In this document: one piece after another, positions 54,613 to 64,000 of the stretch
Layout of the letters: every line of letters starts with the position of its first letter
How positions within the stretch are numbered: position 1 is the first letter of the stretch
From: an uncultured Eubacteriales bacterium
GTDB lineage: Bacteria; Acidobacteriota; Aminicenantia; Aminicenantales; UBA4085
NCBI GenBank assembly: GCA_964556755.1
Contig: CAZKXI010000002.1
Coordinates: forward strand, 88,263-152,262
Length of the DNA stretch: 64,000 bases
Direction: 5' to 3'
Made by a program: the position numbers and the translations under genes
Notes under the pieces: generated by a model
What the model was told of the DNA's origin: nothing
The model's database searches: none
Seen by the model: the letters and a program-made list of their open reading frames with translations, nothing else

Positions 54613-56274
54613 ATGCTAAGCCGTCTGATCGCCGGGATCGCATGGGCGATCTTGTCGCTTGGCGGCGGCCCGACCCCCGTTCCAATCCAGACGCCGTCGC
54701 CGGATTCCCTTCTCGCGCCCGGCTCCTTCACCAGGATCGAGAGCGGCCTTCCGGAGATCGAGCGCCTCTTTCTCTACGCCCGCGCCACCCTGGACCGCAA
54801 CAAGACCGCCTTCCGGGGCCAGATCGGACTCGTCCGCGGATTCGCCGCCGGGACGGCCTACCCTCAGATCTGGCTCCGCGACGCCGCCACCATCATTCCC
54901 GCTTCGCGACTTCTCTATCCCCTGCCCTATCTGCGCAGCGGTCTGCTCGAACATTTGGCCATTCAGAAGGCCAACGGCGAGCTGCAGGACTGGCTGGCGC
55001 CCGACGGCCGGGCCGACAAGAACACCACTGAGACGGACCAGGAGACGAGCGCCGTTCACATCGCCGCTCAGATCACCGATCTCGTCGGACCGGCGTGGCT
55101 GGGCCAGCCGGTTCGCGGCGCCTCGGTCCTGTCGCGCCTGGAGCGGGCCCTCCAATTCGTGTGGGACGAGCGCCGCGATCCCCGCACCGGCCTCATCATG
55201 GGGGCTCACACCGTCGATTGGGGCGACGTGGAGATGGAGGAGCCCGATCAGCGGGCGATCTATGCCGGGCCCGGGACGCACTGGACGGCCGACACCTATG
55301 ACCAGGCCCAATTCCACCGCGCGGCCCAAGCCCTTGGCCGGATGCTCCGTCTCCAAGGCAAGGGATCTTCGGCCTCGCTCTGGGAGGCCCGGGCCCACGA
55401 CATCCGCCGCCGGACCGACCAGCACCTGTGGCAGGAAGCGCGGGGCTACTATCGCGTCCATATCCACTTGACGCCCCTCGAGCACGGCTTCGACGAGAGC
55501 TCCATGTTCGCCATGGGCGGCAACGTCGAGGCGATCGACGCCGGCCTGGCCTCGCCCCGCCAGATCCGGCGCATCCTGGCCGCCGCCCTGGCCAAGCAGA
55601 AGGAATTCGGGATGTCCACCATCAGCGGCGTCCTGCTGCCGCCCTACGCCAAAGGCGTCTTCAAGCATCCCATGGTCGACGATCCCTACGAGTATCAGAA
55701 CGGCGGCCAGTGGGACTGGTTCGGCGGCAAGCTGGTCCTGGCCCTCTTTCGCGACGGCGGGCGGGGGCAAGGCGAGACGGCGCTCCTGGAGATCGCCCGC
55801 AAGGCGATCGCCAACGACGGCCTCTTCGAATGGGACGACCCCAAGGGCCGCGGCCGGGGCAGCCCGACCTATTCCGGCAGCGCGGGCAGCCTCACCCGGG
55901 CTATCGTCGAGGGCTATTACGGGCTTGAGGCCTCGGCCGACGGCCTGCGCATCGAGCCCCGCCTGGGCGCCCGCGCCGGGGCCATCCACCTCTATTTCCC
56001 GTCCAACGGGCGCTACGCCGCCTATCGCTACCGCTTCGATTCGGCGGCGGCCCGAATCGACTTGGCCTGGGCCTCGGACGGACCGGAGCCGACCCTCATC
56101 CGCCTTCCCTGGCCCGTCAGCGGCTCGGCGGCCCTCCAGAGCCGCTTTCAGGTCCGCCTCGACGGGCGGCCGACCGAGTACCAGGTCGATCCCGGCCTGG
56201 ACGGTCCCGTCGTCGCCGTCCAAACCGGGCCCGGCCCGCACGCCGTCAGCGTCCAGGCGATCAAGACCCCCTGA
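54613..56274 (+). CDS. secreted (alpha/alpha)6-barrel glycoside hydrolase-like protein
   Basis: Signal peptide; QIWLRDAA and acidic residues reminiscent of glucoamylase/GH63-like six-hairpin glycosidases; family assignment uncertain. Confidence 0.45.
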   Translation: MLSRLIAGIAWAILSLGGGPTPVPIQTPSPDSLLAPGSFTRIESGLPEIERLFLYARATLDRNKTAFRGQIGLVRGFAAGTAYPQIWLRDAATIIPASRLLYPLPYLRSGLLEHLAIQKANGELQDWLAPDGRADKNTTETDQETSAVHIAAQITDLVGPAWLGQPVRGASVLSRLERALQFVWDERRDPRTGLIMGAHTVDWGDVEMEEPDQRAIYAGPGTHWTADTYDQAQFHRAAQALGRMLRLQGKGSSASLWEARAHDIRRRTDQHLWQEARGYYRVHIHLTPLEHGFDESSMFAMGGNVEAIDAGLASPRQIRRILAAALAKQKEFGMSTISGVLLPPYAKGVFKHPMVDDPYEYQNGGQWDWFGGKLVLALFRDGGRGQGETALLEIARKAIANDGLFEWDDPKGRGRGSPTYSGSAGSLTRAIVEGYYGLEASADGLRIEPRLGARAGAIHLYFPSNGRYAAYRYRFDSAAARIDLAWASDGPEPTLIRLPWPVSGSAALQSRFQVRLDGRPTEYQVDPGLDGPVVAVQTGPGPHAVSVQAIKTP

Positions 56275-56288
56275 GCCAGGAGACCGAG

Positions 56289-56792
56289 ATGGACTTCTCC
56301 GATCTTATCCGAGCCCGCTACAGCGTCCGTTCCTATCGCCCCGATCCCGTCGAGCCGGACAAGCTGGAGCGCGTCCTGGAGGCCGCCCGGCTGGCTCCGA
56401 CCGCCTGCAACCGCCAGCCATTCCGGATGCTGGTCGTCCCCACGGCCGGCCGCGAGGCCGATCTGGCCCCCGTCTATTCCCGCTCTTGGTTCCTCCAGGC
56501 GCCTCTAATCATCGCCGCCTGCGGCGTCGCCTCCGAAGCCTGGGTCCGCCGCGACGGGAGGACCTACGTGGACGTGGACGTGACGATCGCCATGGACCAC
56601 CTGATCCTGGCGGCGGCCAATGAGGGATTGGGGACGTGCTGGATCGCGGCCTTCGACCCCGACGCCGCGCGCCGGGCGCTGAGGCCCGATCCGGGCTGGG
56701 AGCCGCTGCTCCTCACGCCGCTCGGCTATCCGGCCGACTCCCCGCGCCCCAGACAGAGGAGGCCCTTAGCCGATCTGATCAAGAGGACCTGA
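56289..56792 (+). CDS. nitroreductase family protein
   Basis: RYSVRSY (FMN-binding start motif), APTACNRQP. Confidence 0.75.
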   Translation: MDFSDLIRARYSVRSYRPDPVEPDKLERVLEAARLAPTACNRQPFRMLVVPTAGREADLAPVYSRSWFLQAPLIIAACGVASEAWVRRDGRTYVDVDVTIAMDHLILAAANEGLGTCWIAAFDPDAARRALRPDPGWEPLLLTPLGYPADSPRPRQRRPLADLIKRT

Positions 56793-56988
56793 GCGACCCC
56801 TCGGGAACAAATTTTCGCGGCTTTCGTCGTCGGTCGTTATCCCGGACCGAGATCGGGTTCCCGAAGATGGGGAGAAAATTCCCCTCATAATGAGCGCCTT
56901 GCCCGCACGGCCCCCCCTTCGGGACCCCTTTCCTAAAGCCGGAGAAGGGCCTGAAGAAATAGGGAACTACGTATACTGTACCCCTATT

Positions 56989-58308
56989 TCAGGCCTTGAC
57001 GACGTTCTTGCGGGGGCGCTTGACGGCGTTGCGGCTGTCCACGACCAGCTTGGCGTTCTTGACGATCCAGGCGTAGTCGTAGCAGCTGTGGTCCGTGGCG
57101 ATGATGACCGCGTCGGCCCCCTTCAGCCTCTTCTCCGTCAGCGGAACGGACTTCATATCCATGGCCGGATACTCGCGGTGCCCGCGGCTCTCCGGCACGT
57201 AGGGATCGTTGTACTCGACCTTGATCCCCTTCTTCATCAGCAGGTCGATGATCTTCAGCGACGGCGACTCGCGCTGGTCGTCGATGTCCCTCTTGTAGGC
57301 GATGCCCAGCACCAGCACCTTGGCCCCCTTGATCGACCGGCCCCGCTCCGACAGCGCCTCCACCATCTTATTGATCACGTAATAGGGCATCTCGGTGTTG
57401 ATCTCCCCGGCCAGCTCGATGAACTTGGTCGAGTAGTCCACCTCCCGCGCCTTCCAGGTCAGGTAGAACGGGTCGATCGGGATGCAGTGCCCGCCCAGCC
57501 CCGGCCCGGGGTAGAAGGGCATGAAGCCGAACGGCTTGCTGGAGGCCGCCTTGATGACCTCCCAGACGTCGATGCCCATCCGGTCGAAGATCATCTTCAG
57601 CTCGTTGACCAGGGCGATGTTGACGCAGCGGAAGATGTTCTCCAGCAGCTTGGTCGCCTCCGCCGCCCGGGTCGAGGAGACCGGCACCGTCTTGACCACT
57701 ACCTGGCCGTAGAGCAGGTTGGCCACCCTCATGCAGTCCGGGCTGTACCCGCCGACCACCTTGGGCGTGTTGGCCGCCGAGTAGACCGGGTCGCCGGGAT
57801 TCTCCCGCTCCGGCGAGAAGGCCAGGAAGAAGTCCCGGCCCGCTTTCAGCCCCCCCGCCTCCAGGATCGGCAGCATGTCCTCGTCGGTCGTCCCCGGGTA
57901 GGTCGTGCTCTCCAGCACCACCAGCTGCCCCCGGCGCAGATACTTGGCGATCGTCCGGGTCGTGTCCAGGACAAAGGACAGGTCCGGATTGCGATGCGCG
58001 TCCAGCGGCGTGGGGACGCAGATGATGACCGCGTCGGCTTCCGGCAGCCGGGCGAAGTCGGTCGTCGCCCGGAGCTTCTTGGCCCGCAGGTAGCTCCTCA
58101 GCTCGTCGGTCGAGACGTGCTTGATGTAGCTGCGGCCCTTGTTCAGCATCGCTACCTTGCGCCCGTCGACGTCGAAGCCGAGCACCCGGAAGCCCTTGTT
58201 GACGAAGGCCTTGACCAGGGGCAGCCCGACGTAGCCCAGTCCGACGACGCCGATGACCGCCTTGCGCTCGAGAATGCTGGCCTCGAAGGCCCGGCTCTGC
58301 TGGCTCAT
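56989..58308 (-). CDS. nucleotide-sugar (UDP-N-acetyl-D-hexosamine) dehydrogenase
   Basis: N-terminal Rossmann VIGVVGLGYVGLP, catalytic GGHCIPIDP, UDPG_MGDP_dh C-terminal domain; start MSQQSRAF with AAGGAGAG RBS. Confidence 0.8.
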   Translation of the reverse strand: MSQQSRAFEASILERKAVIGVVGLGYVGLPLVKAFVNKGFRVLGFDVDGRKVAMLNKGRSYIKHVSTDELRSYLRAKKLRATTDFARLPEADAVIICVPTPLDAHRNPDLSFVLDTTRTIAKYLRRGQLVVLESTTYPGTTDEDMLPILEAGGLKAGRDFFLAFSPERENPGDPVYSAANTPKVVGGYSPDCMRVANLLYGQVVVKTVPVSSTRAAEATKLLENIFRCVNIALVNELKMIFDRMGIDVWEVIKAASSKPFGFMPFYPGPGLGGHCIPIDPFYLTWKAREVDYSTKFIELAGEINTEMPYYVINKMVEALSERGRSIKGAKVLVLGIAYKRDIDDQRESPSLKIIDLLMKKGIKVEYNDPYVPESRGHREYPAMDMKSVPLTEKRLKGADAVIIATDHSCYDYAWIVKNAKLVVDSRNAVKRPRKNVVKA

Positions 58309-59246
58309 GATGGGACTCTCTCCTTGTACCACTGGATGGTCCGCTTCAGTCCCTCGTCGAAGAGGATCTGCGGATGGAAGCTCATCCGGGCCACGGCCCG
58401 CCCGATGTCGGCGAACGAGTGCTTGATGTCGCCGGGCCGGGGCGGCTCGTAGACCGGCTCGACCGGCCGGCCCAGAAGCTGGCCGATGCGCGCCGTCAGG
58501 GCGTTGACCGTGATCCGCTCGGCGCAAGCCACGTTGAAGGCCTCGCCGCTCAGGCCCGGCGCCTCGGCCGCCCGCAGGTTGGCCTCGACGATGTTGTCGA
58601 CGAAGGTGAAGTCGCGCGACTGCTCGCCGTCGCCGTAGATGACGGGGGCCCGGCCCTCCAGGATGCGGGTGATGAAGAGCGGGATGGCCGCGGCGTACTG
58701 GGAGAAGGGGTCCTGGCGGGGGCCGAAGACGTTGAAGTAGCGCAGGCTGACGGTCGACAGCCCGAAGGTCTTGGCGAAGGTCTGGAGGTACTTCTCGCCC
58801 ACGATCTTGCTGACCGCGTAGGGCGACAGCGGCATGCCCTCCACGCCTTCCACCTTGGGCAGGCTCGGATCGTCGCCGTAGACCGAGGAGGACGAGGCGA
58901 AGACCAGCCGCCGCACGCCGCCCTTGGCCGCCGCCCAGAGCATGTTGAGGGTGCCGCGGATATTGATCTCGTTGGTCGTGAAGGGGTCCTCGACCGAGCG
59001 CGGCACGGACGGCAGGGCGGCTTCGTGGAAGACCACCTCCATCCCGTCCACGGCCCGGCGGCAGGTCTCCAGGTCGCGGATGTCGCCCTCGACGATCTCC
59101 ACCGCGTCGCCCAGGTGGGCCAGGTTGGCCCGCTTGCCGGTCAGGAAGTTGTCCAGGACCCTGACCCTTTGGCCGCGCCGGACCAGCCCTTCGGCCAGAT
59201 GGGAGCCGATAAATCCGGCTCCGCCGGTGACGAGATAGGCGCTCAT
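58305..59246 (-). CDS. NAD-dependent epimerase/dehydratase (UDP-sugar 4-epimerase-like SDR)
   Basis: VTGGAGFIGSHL Rossmann motif, YAVSK catalytic motif. Confidence 0.8.
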   Translation of the reverse strand: MSAYLVTGGAGFIGSHLAEGLVRRGQRVRVLDNFLTGKRANLAHLGDAVEIVEGDIRDLETCRRAVDGMEVVFHEAALPSVPRSVEDPFTTNEINIRGTLNMLWAAAKGGVRRLVFASSSSVYGDDPSLPKVEGVEGMPLSPYAVSKIVGEKYLQTFAKTFGLSTVSLRYFNVFGPRQDPFSQYAAAIPLFITRILEGRAPVIYGDGEQSRDFTFVDNIVEANLRAAEAPGLSGEAFNVACAERITVNALTARIGQLLGRPVEPVYEPPRPGDIKHSFADIGRAVARMSFHPQILFDEGLKRTIQWYKERVPS

Positions 59247-59273
59247 GACGTCCCCCCTCTCAAAGGGTGCATC

Positions 59274-59816
59274 TTATTCCAAGTAGCCGGCCGCCTGCAA
59301 GGCCCGCAGCAGCCGCTCGGTGCTCTGCTCCAGGGTCTCCTTGTCCGTCTCGATGACCAGCTCGGGCGCCCGGGGCTCCTCGTAGGGATCGGAGACGCCG
59401 GTGAACTCCTTGATCTGGCCGGCCATGGCCTTCTTGTACATGCCCTTGACGTCGCGCTGGGCGCAGACGTCCACGGGGCACTTGACGTAGACCTCGAAGA
59501 AGCTCCCCATCTGGCGGCGGGCCGCGTCGCGCATCTCGGCGTAGGGCGAGATGAACGAGGTCAGGACCAGGACGCCGTTGCGGGCCAGCAGCTTGGTGAC
59601 GAAGGTCACCCGGCGGATGTTCTCGTCGCGGTCGGCCTTGGAGAAGCCCAGGTCCCGGGTCAGGTCCTGGCGGACGATGTCGCCGTCCAGCCGCTCGACC
59701 CGGTAGCCGCGGTCCTTGAGGATGGCCGCCGCCCGATCGGCGATGGCCGACTTGCCCGAGCAGGGCAGGCCGGTGAACCACACCGCCGCGCCCTTGTGAT
59801 CATGTCCTTCGCACAC
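59274..59816 (-). CDS. cysC: adenylyl-sulfate kinase
   Basis: P-loop WFTGLPCSGKS, LDGDIVRQ, typical APS kinase length. Confidence 0.85.
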   Translation of the reverse strand: MCEGHDHKGAAVWFTGLPCSGKSAIADRAAAILKDRGYRVERLDGDIVRQDLTRDLGFSKADRDENIRRVTFVTKLLARNGVLVLTSFISPYAEMRDAARRQMGSFFEVYVKCPVDVCAQRDVKGMYKKAMAGQIKEFTGVSDPYEEPRAPELVIETDKETLEQSTERLLRALQAAGYLE

Positions 59817-59844
59817 GTGAAGCTCCTTTGCCGGCTCGGCCCTC

Positions 59845-61215
59845 CTAAAGGACGGGCCGGCCTCTCATGTCGGATGGGACGGCGAGCCCCATCCGGGTCA
59901 GGATGGTGGGCGCCAGGTCCAGGATGTCGATATCCCGCCGGATCGAGGTCCGGTCGGCGGGGTCATACAGGATATACATGCCGTCCTGGGCATGGACGGC
60001 GTCGTCGGGGCCGGTGTCGTTCTCGTCCAGGTACATGGTCCCCCAGCCCAGCGTTCCGGCCGACCGCCAGGACAGGTCGTCGAAGTAGACCATCAAGTCG
60101 GGGTAGTCGCCGCGCAGCTCGGGGTAGAACTCGTTGGGCTTGATGACCCGAGTGGCCCAGGCTTCGCCGTTCGGCCCGCGCACGCCGCGCAGCCGCTCGG
60201 CCAGGGCTCCCCGCTCGGTCTCGTAATCCTCCGGCTTGATCAGGCCCTGCGGCTCGCGGCCCTCGACGTTGAGGAAGATGCGGGCGTAGTAGCCGCCCCA
60301 GCCCCAGGCCTTGGTCCGGCTCCAGTCGATGGGGGTCTTCTCGATGTTGGCCCCCCGCCGGGGCTCTTCCTTGAGAATCAGGTCGCCCTGGCGGATCAGC
60401 CACTCGTTGACGCAGAAGGCGCCTTTCATCCGCTTGGCCCCGTGGTCGGAGACCGTCAGGACCACGGTGTCGTCCGGCACCGCCTCCAGCAGGCTGCCGA
60501 TCCGGCCGTCCAGGAACTTGTAGTAGTCCAGGATGGCCCGCTCGTACTTGTTCCCCGGCTCGTGCTTGTGATGGGCCGGGTCATGGAACTTCCAAAAAGC
60601 GTGCTGGATGCGGTCGACGCCGATCTCGACGAACCAAAACAGGTCCCAGGGCTTCTCCCGGGCCAGCCAGGTCAGGATGTCGAAGCGCTTGGCGGTCATC
60701 TCGTAGAGGGCCCGCAGGATCTCGTCCCGGTCGTCGGTCCGAAAGACGACGTCGAAGGGATAGGGCCCGAAGCGCTCCTCGATCTCCGCTTTCAGCCCGG
60801 CCGGGTAGGTGTACTCCTTGTCCGCGCCCGGAGTGATGAAGCAGCCGACCAGCTGGCCCGGCACCGGGTGCGGCGGGTAGCTGGGCGGCACGCTGACCAG
60901 GACGCTCTGCCCTCCCCGGGCTCCCAGGATGTCCCACACGGCCGGCTCCTTGATCGACTGCGAGGTGGCGATCCACATCTTGTCGTAGGTGTAGCCGTTG
61001 CGGTGCCGGAATCCGTACAGGCCCAGCCGCCCGGGGTCCTTGCCCGTGGCCATGACCATCCAGGCGGGAATGGTGATCGGCGGGTCCGAGCTGCGCATCT
61101 TGCCGTAGCGCCCGCCGGCGATCAGCCGGTTGAGGACGGGGAAGTCGAGCCTGCGCTCGAGGACGATCTCGGGCGGAGCGCAGTCGAGTCCGATCACCAT
61201 CAGTTTGCGTGTCAT
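59845..61215 (-). CDS. alkaline phosphatase superfamily (type I phosphodiesterase/nucleotide pyrophosphatase-like) protein
   Basis: N-terminal VIGLDCAPPE metal-site motif, TVSDHG; cytoplasmic (no signal peptide). Confidence 0.55.
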   Translation of the reverse strand: MTRKLMVIGLDCAPPEIVLERRLDFPVLNRLIAGGRYGKMRSSDPPITIPAWMVMATGKDPGRLGLYGFRHRNGYTYDKMWIATSQSIKEPAVWDILGARGGQSVLVSVPPSYPPHPVPGQLVGCFITPGADKEYTYPAGLKAEIEERFGPYPFDVVFRTDDRDEILRALYEMTAKRFDILTWLAREKPWDLFWFVEIGVDRIQHAFWKFHDPAHHKHEPGNKYERAILDYYKFLDGRIGSLLEAVPDDTVVLTVSDHGAKRMKGAFCVNEWLIRQGDLILKEEPRRGANIEKTPIDWSRTKAWGWGGYYARIFLNVEGREPQGLIKPEDYETERGALAERLRGVRGPNGEAWATRVIKPNEFYPELRGDYPDLMVYFDDLSWRSAGTLGWGTMYLDENDTGPDDAVHAQDGMYILYDPADRTSIRRDIDILDLAPTILTRMGLAVPSDMRGRPVL

Positions 61216-61259
61216 GATCTCTTCCTGCCCGAGGCCCCCGGCGGGGGCCGCGCCGGGCG

Positions 61260-61475
61260 TCAGTCGATGTATCCGAGAGCCTTCAGGCGCTCTTTGACTT
61301 TCTCTTCATCCTCCTGGGAGAGGGGGTCGCTCTTTCCGGGACCCTTGGACAAGGCCTCGCGGACGGCCCCGACGATATAACTGGATACGGTCTTGATCTC
61401 GGTCCCCTTGATGGCGCACTCGATCTCCTCGATCAAGGCGGTGGGGATCGATACCGTGGTGAATTCCTTGCCCAT
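61260..61475 (-). CDS. ribbon-helix-helix (CopG-like) small protein
   Basis: Start MGKEFTTVSIP with AGGAGAG RBS; beta-strand then two helices pattern. Confidence 0.35.
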   Translation of the reverse strand: MGKEFTTVSIPTALIEEIECAIKGTEIKTVSSYIVGAVREALSKGPGKSDPLSQEDEEKVKERLKALGYID

Positions 61476-61680
61476 GGGCTCTCCTAGGATCGCGGCTAAA
61501 ACCCGCAAAAGTACAGCCTTATATACACGATTCGGGCTCTCTTTTCAATGCCCGACCGGTCCCCGCCCCCGCCCAGGCCGCCCCTCCCCGATCGCCTCTC
61601 CCGGACAACCGTTTGACAAGCCCGGCCGAAAGATGTTTATAATCAGTCCCCCATGAGCCAAGGCTGCTGACCCGCCCGAA

Positions 61681-62631
61681 ATGGAAATCATCACCTACCC
61701 GTTTGTCAAGAAGCCCGCCTTCCTGGGCGTCCTCGACCGCAATCTGAAGAAGATCGAGTCCCGCCTGGGCCTCAGCCTCAGCCTGCGCGGCGACAGCCTG
61801 TACATGGAAGGCGACCCGGTCAAGCTAGCCGGGGCCAAGGACTATTTCCAGAAGATCCAGGAGCTCGAGGAGCGCGGCTACGACCTCAAGGAGAGCGATT
61901 TCCACATCGTTCTCGACCTGATCGAGGACGGCCGGCCGAAGCCCCTGGAGCGGTACTTCCCCTCCGAGCCGCTGACCCTGTCGCGCAAGTCCGTGGCCCC
62001 CAAGAGCCTGAACCAGAAGGAATACATCCAGGCCATCCGCGACCACGACGTGGTCTTCGGCATCGGCCCGGCCGGCACGGGCAAGACCTACCTGGCCATG
62101 GCCATGGCCCTCTCGTTCTACCAGGCCAAGCAGGTCGCCCGCATCGTCCTGACCCGGCCGGCCGTGGAGGCCGGAGAGCGCCTGGGCTTCCTGCCCGGCG
62201 ACATGCTCCAGAAGGTCAATCCCTACCTGCGGCCCCTCTACGACGCCCTCTTCGACCTGGTCCAGGCCGACCAGGCCCAGCGCCTGATCGAGAAGAACAT
62301 CCTCGAGATCGCCCCCCTGGCCTACATGCGGGGCCGGACGCTGACCTCGTCCTTCATCATCCTGGACGAGGCCCAGAACACGACCCGCGAGCAGATGAAG
62401 ATGCTCCTGACCCGGACCGGCTTCGACTCCAAGCTGGTCATCACGGCCGACATCACCCAGATCGACCTGCCCCAGCCCGCCAAGTCCGGCGTCATCCATG
62501 CCATGAAGGTCCTGGCCCCGGTCAAGGAGATCGCCTTCTGCCGCTTCACGGACAAGGACGTCGTCCGCCATCCCCTGGTCCAGAAGATCATCAAGGCCTA
62601 CGAGAAGGCCGAGACCCGGACGCGCGAGTAG
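61681..62631 (+). CDS. phoH: PhoH family ATPase
   Basis: Walker [14 protein letters not shown], Walker B IILDEAQN, conserved C-terminal region. Confidence 0.85.
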   Translation: MEIITYPFVKKPAFLGVLDRNLKKIESRLGLSLSLRGDSLYMEGDPVKLAGAKDYFQKIQELEERGYDLKESDFHIVLDLIEDGRPKPLERYFPSEPLTLSRKSVAPKSLNQKEYIQAIRDHDVVFGIGPAGTGKTYLAMAMALSFYQAKQVARIVLTRPAVEAGERLGFLPGDMLQKVNPYLRPLYDALFDLVQADQAQRLIEKNILEIAPLAYMRGRTLTSSFIILDEAQNTTREQMKMLLTRTGFDSKLVITADITQIDLPQPAKSGVIHAMKVLAPVKEIAFCRFTDKDVVRHPLVQKIIKAYEKAETRTRE

Positions 62632-62640
62632 GTCCCGGCC

Positions 62641-64000
62641 ATGCCTCTCATCTCGTTCCGCAACGTCCGCCTTTTCAAGGCCGGGCCCGCCCGTCCCGCC
62701 GTCCGCGAGGACAAGGCGCGCCGGCCCTTCTACGAGGCGCCCGTCGTCCTGATCCTGGCTTTCGGGGCCGGCCTGGCCGCCCTGACTTCGACGCGGCCCC
62801 TGCGGCCCCTGCCGGTCCTGCGCGAGGGGCAGGCCGCGCCGGCCGACATCGTGGCCCCCGAAGACGTCCAGATCGAGGACGCCGAGACCACCGACCGCCG
62901 CCGGCGCGCGGCCGAGGACCAGATCCTGCCCGTCTACGGCTTCGATCCCAACGTCTTCCTGGACGCGGAGGACAAGGTCCGCCGCTTCTTCGCCATGGGC
63001 CGCCAAGCCGCCCAGGCCGGGACCCGCGACTTCGCCGAGATGCAGAGGCTGGTCTACGACCGCTTCGGCATCGAGCTGGGGGCGGCCGATCTGGAGGCCT
63101 TGGACAAGACCGGCTTCGGCAGCGACCTGGAATCCGCCCTGGTCGACATTCTGGACCGCTACGCCCGCCGAGGCGTGCTGCTCTCCAAGAGCCTGTTCAG
63201 CGAGCGGGGCCACGCGGCCGGGATGGCCAGCCTGCGCGGGCCCGAAGGCGAACGAACCGTCCGGGTCGAGGACGTCCTGGACGTCAAGGAGGCCAAGTCC
63301 CGCATCGTCCTGGACGTCAACGCCCTCGAGCTGACCCCGCGCAAGAAGGGCCTGCTGATCAGCCTGGCCTACGGCTTCCTGGCCCCCAACATCACCTTCA
63401 ACAAGGTCGAGACCGAGTCGCGCAAGGCCAACGCCCGGGCCCAGGTCGAGTCGGTCTACTACACGGTGGCCAAGGGGCGGACCATCCTGCGCAAAGGCGA
63501 GAAGGCCACGGCGGAAGCCGTCCTGAAGATCGCGGCCGTCAACCACATGCTGCGCCCGGCCCGCACCTGGCCGGCCGGGATCGGCGCCTTTCTCCTCTTC
63601 AGCCTGCTGCTGACGGCCCTGTGGTTCTACCTCCTGTCGCTGCATTCCTTGCGCGGCGCCTTGAAGCACTTCCTCATGGCCGGGCTGACCTTGGGCCTGT
63701 CCCTGCTGCTCTACCGCCTCGGATCGATCCTGGCCGAGGCGGCCAGCCTGAACACCGGCTTCTTCCTCTTCCAAGACTCCACGAGCTCCTCCTTGGCCAT
63801 CCCCTTCCAGTTCGGCGTTCTGCTGTTCGCCTTCCTGACGACCAACCCGGTGGCGCTGATGTTCGCCGTCCTCAACTCCCTGCTGGCCGGCTACCTCCTG
63901 GGCGCGGACCTGCTGCTGGCCATCTTCGGCCTGGTCGGGGGCATCGCCGCCATCTACGGGGTCAAGTTCTACGGCAAGGCCAAGCGGACCTCCGTCCTGA
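62641..64000 (+). CDS. 7TM receptor with intracellular HD hydrolase (PgpH/YqfF-like), N-terminal part (continues beyond window)
   Basis: Open frame from ATG 62641 to window end (not in ORF track as no stop); signal-anchor, large extracytoplasmic domain, then multiple TM helices beginning ~63580; canonical neighbour of phoH. Confidence 0.65.
   Translation, partial: MPLISFRNVRLFKAGPARPAVREDKARRPFYEAPVVLILAFGAGLAALTSTRPLRPLPVLREGQAAPADIVAPEDVQIEDAETTDRRRRAAEDQILPVYGFDPNVFLDAEDKVRRFFAMGRQAAQAGTRDFAEMQRLVYDRFGIELGAADLEALDKTGFGSDLESALVDILDRYARRGVLLSKSLFSERGHAAGMASLRGPEGERTVRVEDVLDVKEAKSRIVLDVNALELTPRKKGLLISLAYGFLAPNITFNKVETESRKANARAQVESVYYTVAKGRTILRKGEKATAEAVLKIAAVNHMLRPARTWPAGIGAFLLFSLLLTALWFYLLSLHSLRGALKHFLMAGLTLGLSLLLYRLGSILAEAASLNTGFFLFQDSTSSSLAIPFQFGVLLFAFLTTNPVALMFAVLNSLLAGYLLGADLLLAIFGLVGGIAAIYGVKFYGKAKRTSVL

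Noticed and set aside
61825-63774. 649-aa ORF antisense to phoH and the 7TM-HD gene
   Set aside because: Antisense artefact; the plus-strand frame carries PhoH Walker motifs and a hydrophobic 7TM region.

Overview
High-GC (~65-70%) bacterial chromosomal segment in which about 70 genes can be supported.

Housekeeping content:
- A partial M14 carboxypeptidase at the 5' edge.
- queH and hypF, translationally coupled.
- An M50 protease and a 2x[4Fe-4S] ferredoxin.
- recD2 and lepB.
- The classic tgt-yajC-secD-secF operon.
- tonB-exbB-exbD.
- The uppS-cdsA-dxr-rseP-ispG block plus a larE-like PP-loop gene.
- hypCDE.
- A nucleotide-sugar dehydrogenase, epimerase, APS-kinase and AlkP-family cluster.
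- phoH and a partial 7TM-HD receptor at the 3' edge.

Three accessory or signalling features stand out.

1. Candidate novel system, 7.2-12.8 kb, plus strand. It is a tightly packed operon:
- an HPr-kinase-C-terminal-domain-like P-loop serine kinase;
- a 56-aa ORF absent from the ORF track (below its length cutoff), with a strong RBS, lasso-precursor-like leader and core features, and a C-terminal Ser;
- a Hanks-type Ser/Thr kinase with a large TPR domain;
- an FHA-domain class III adenylate/guanylate cyclase;
- a secreted hypothetical protein.
No lasso cyclase or leader protease is present. I read this as a possible peptide-phosphorylation to cNMP signalling module.

2. Defective prophage-like or satellite-like island, about 13.5 kb (14897-28426).
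- It is inserted at the 3' end of a tRNA-Arg(CCT) gene and flanked by perfect 43-bp direct repeats.
- It carries a tyrosine integrase, excisionase-family HTH genes, a tape-measure protein, terminase large and small subunits, a RecA-fold replication ATPase, and Cro/XRE-like repressors.
- It also has an iteron array built on GGAACAG(G/A)T.

3. Complete cyclic-nucleotide circuit on the minus strand (28.5-34.5 kb):
- an SH3 protein;
- an M48 peptidase;
- a CHASE2 class III cyclase;
- an MBL-fold hydrolase that may be a class II phosphodiesterase;
- an MscS channel fused to a cNMP-binding domain.

Smaller observations:
- A low-GC nested-palindrome element lies directly after hypE.
- TonB carries an unusual (x-G-G-V)n tandem-repeat linker.

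Many of the long ORFs in the track are GC-rich frame artefacts lying antisense to, or out of frame with, real genes.
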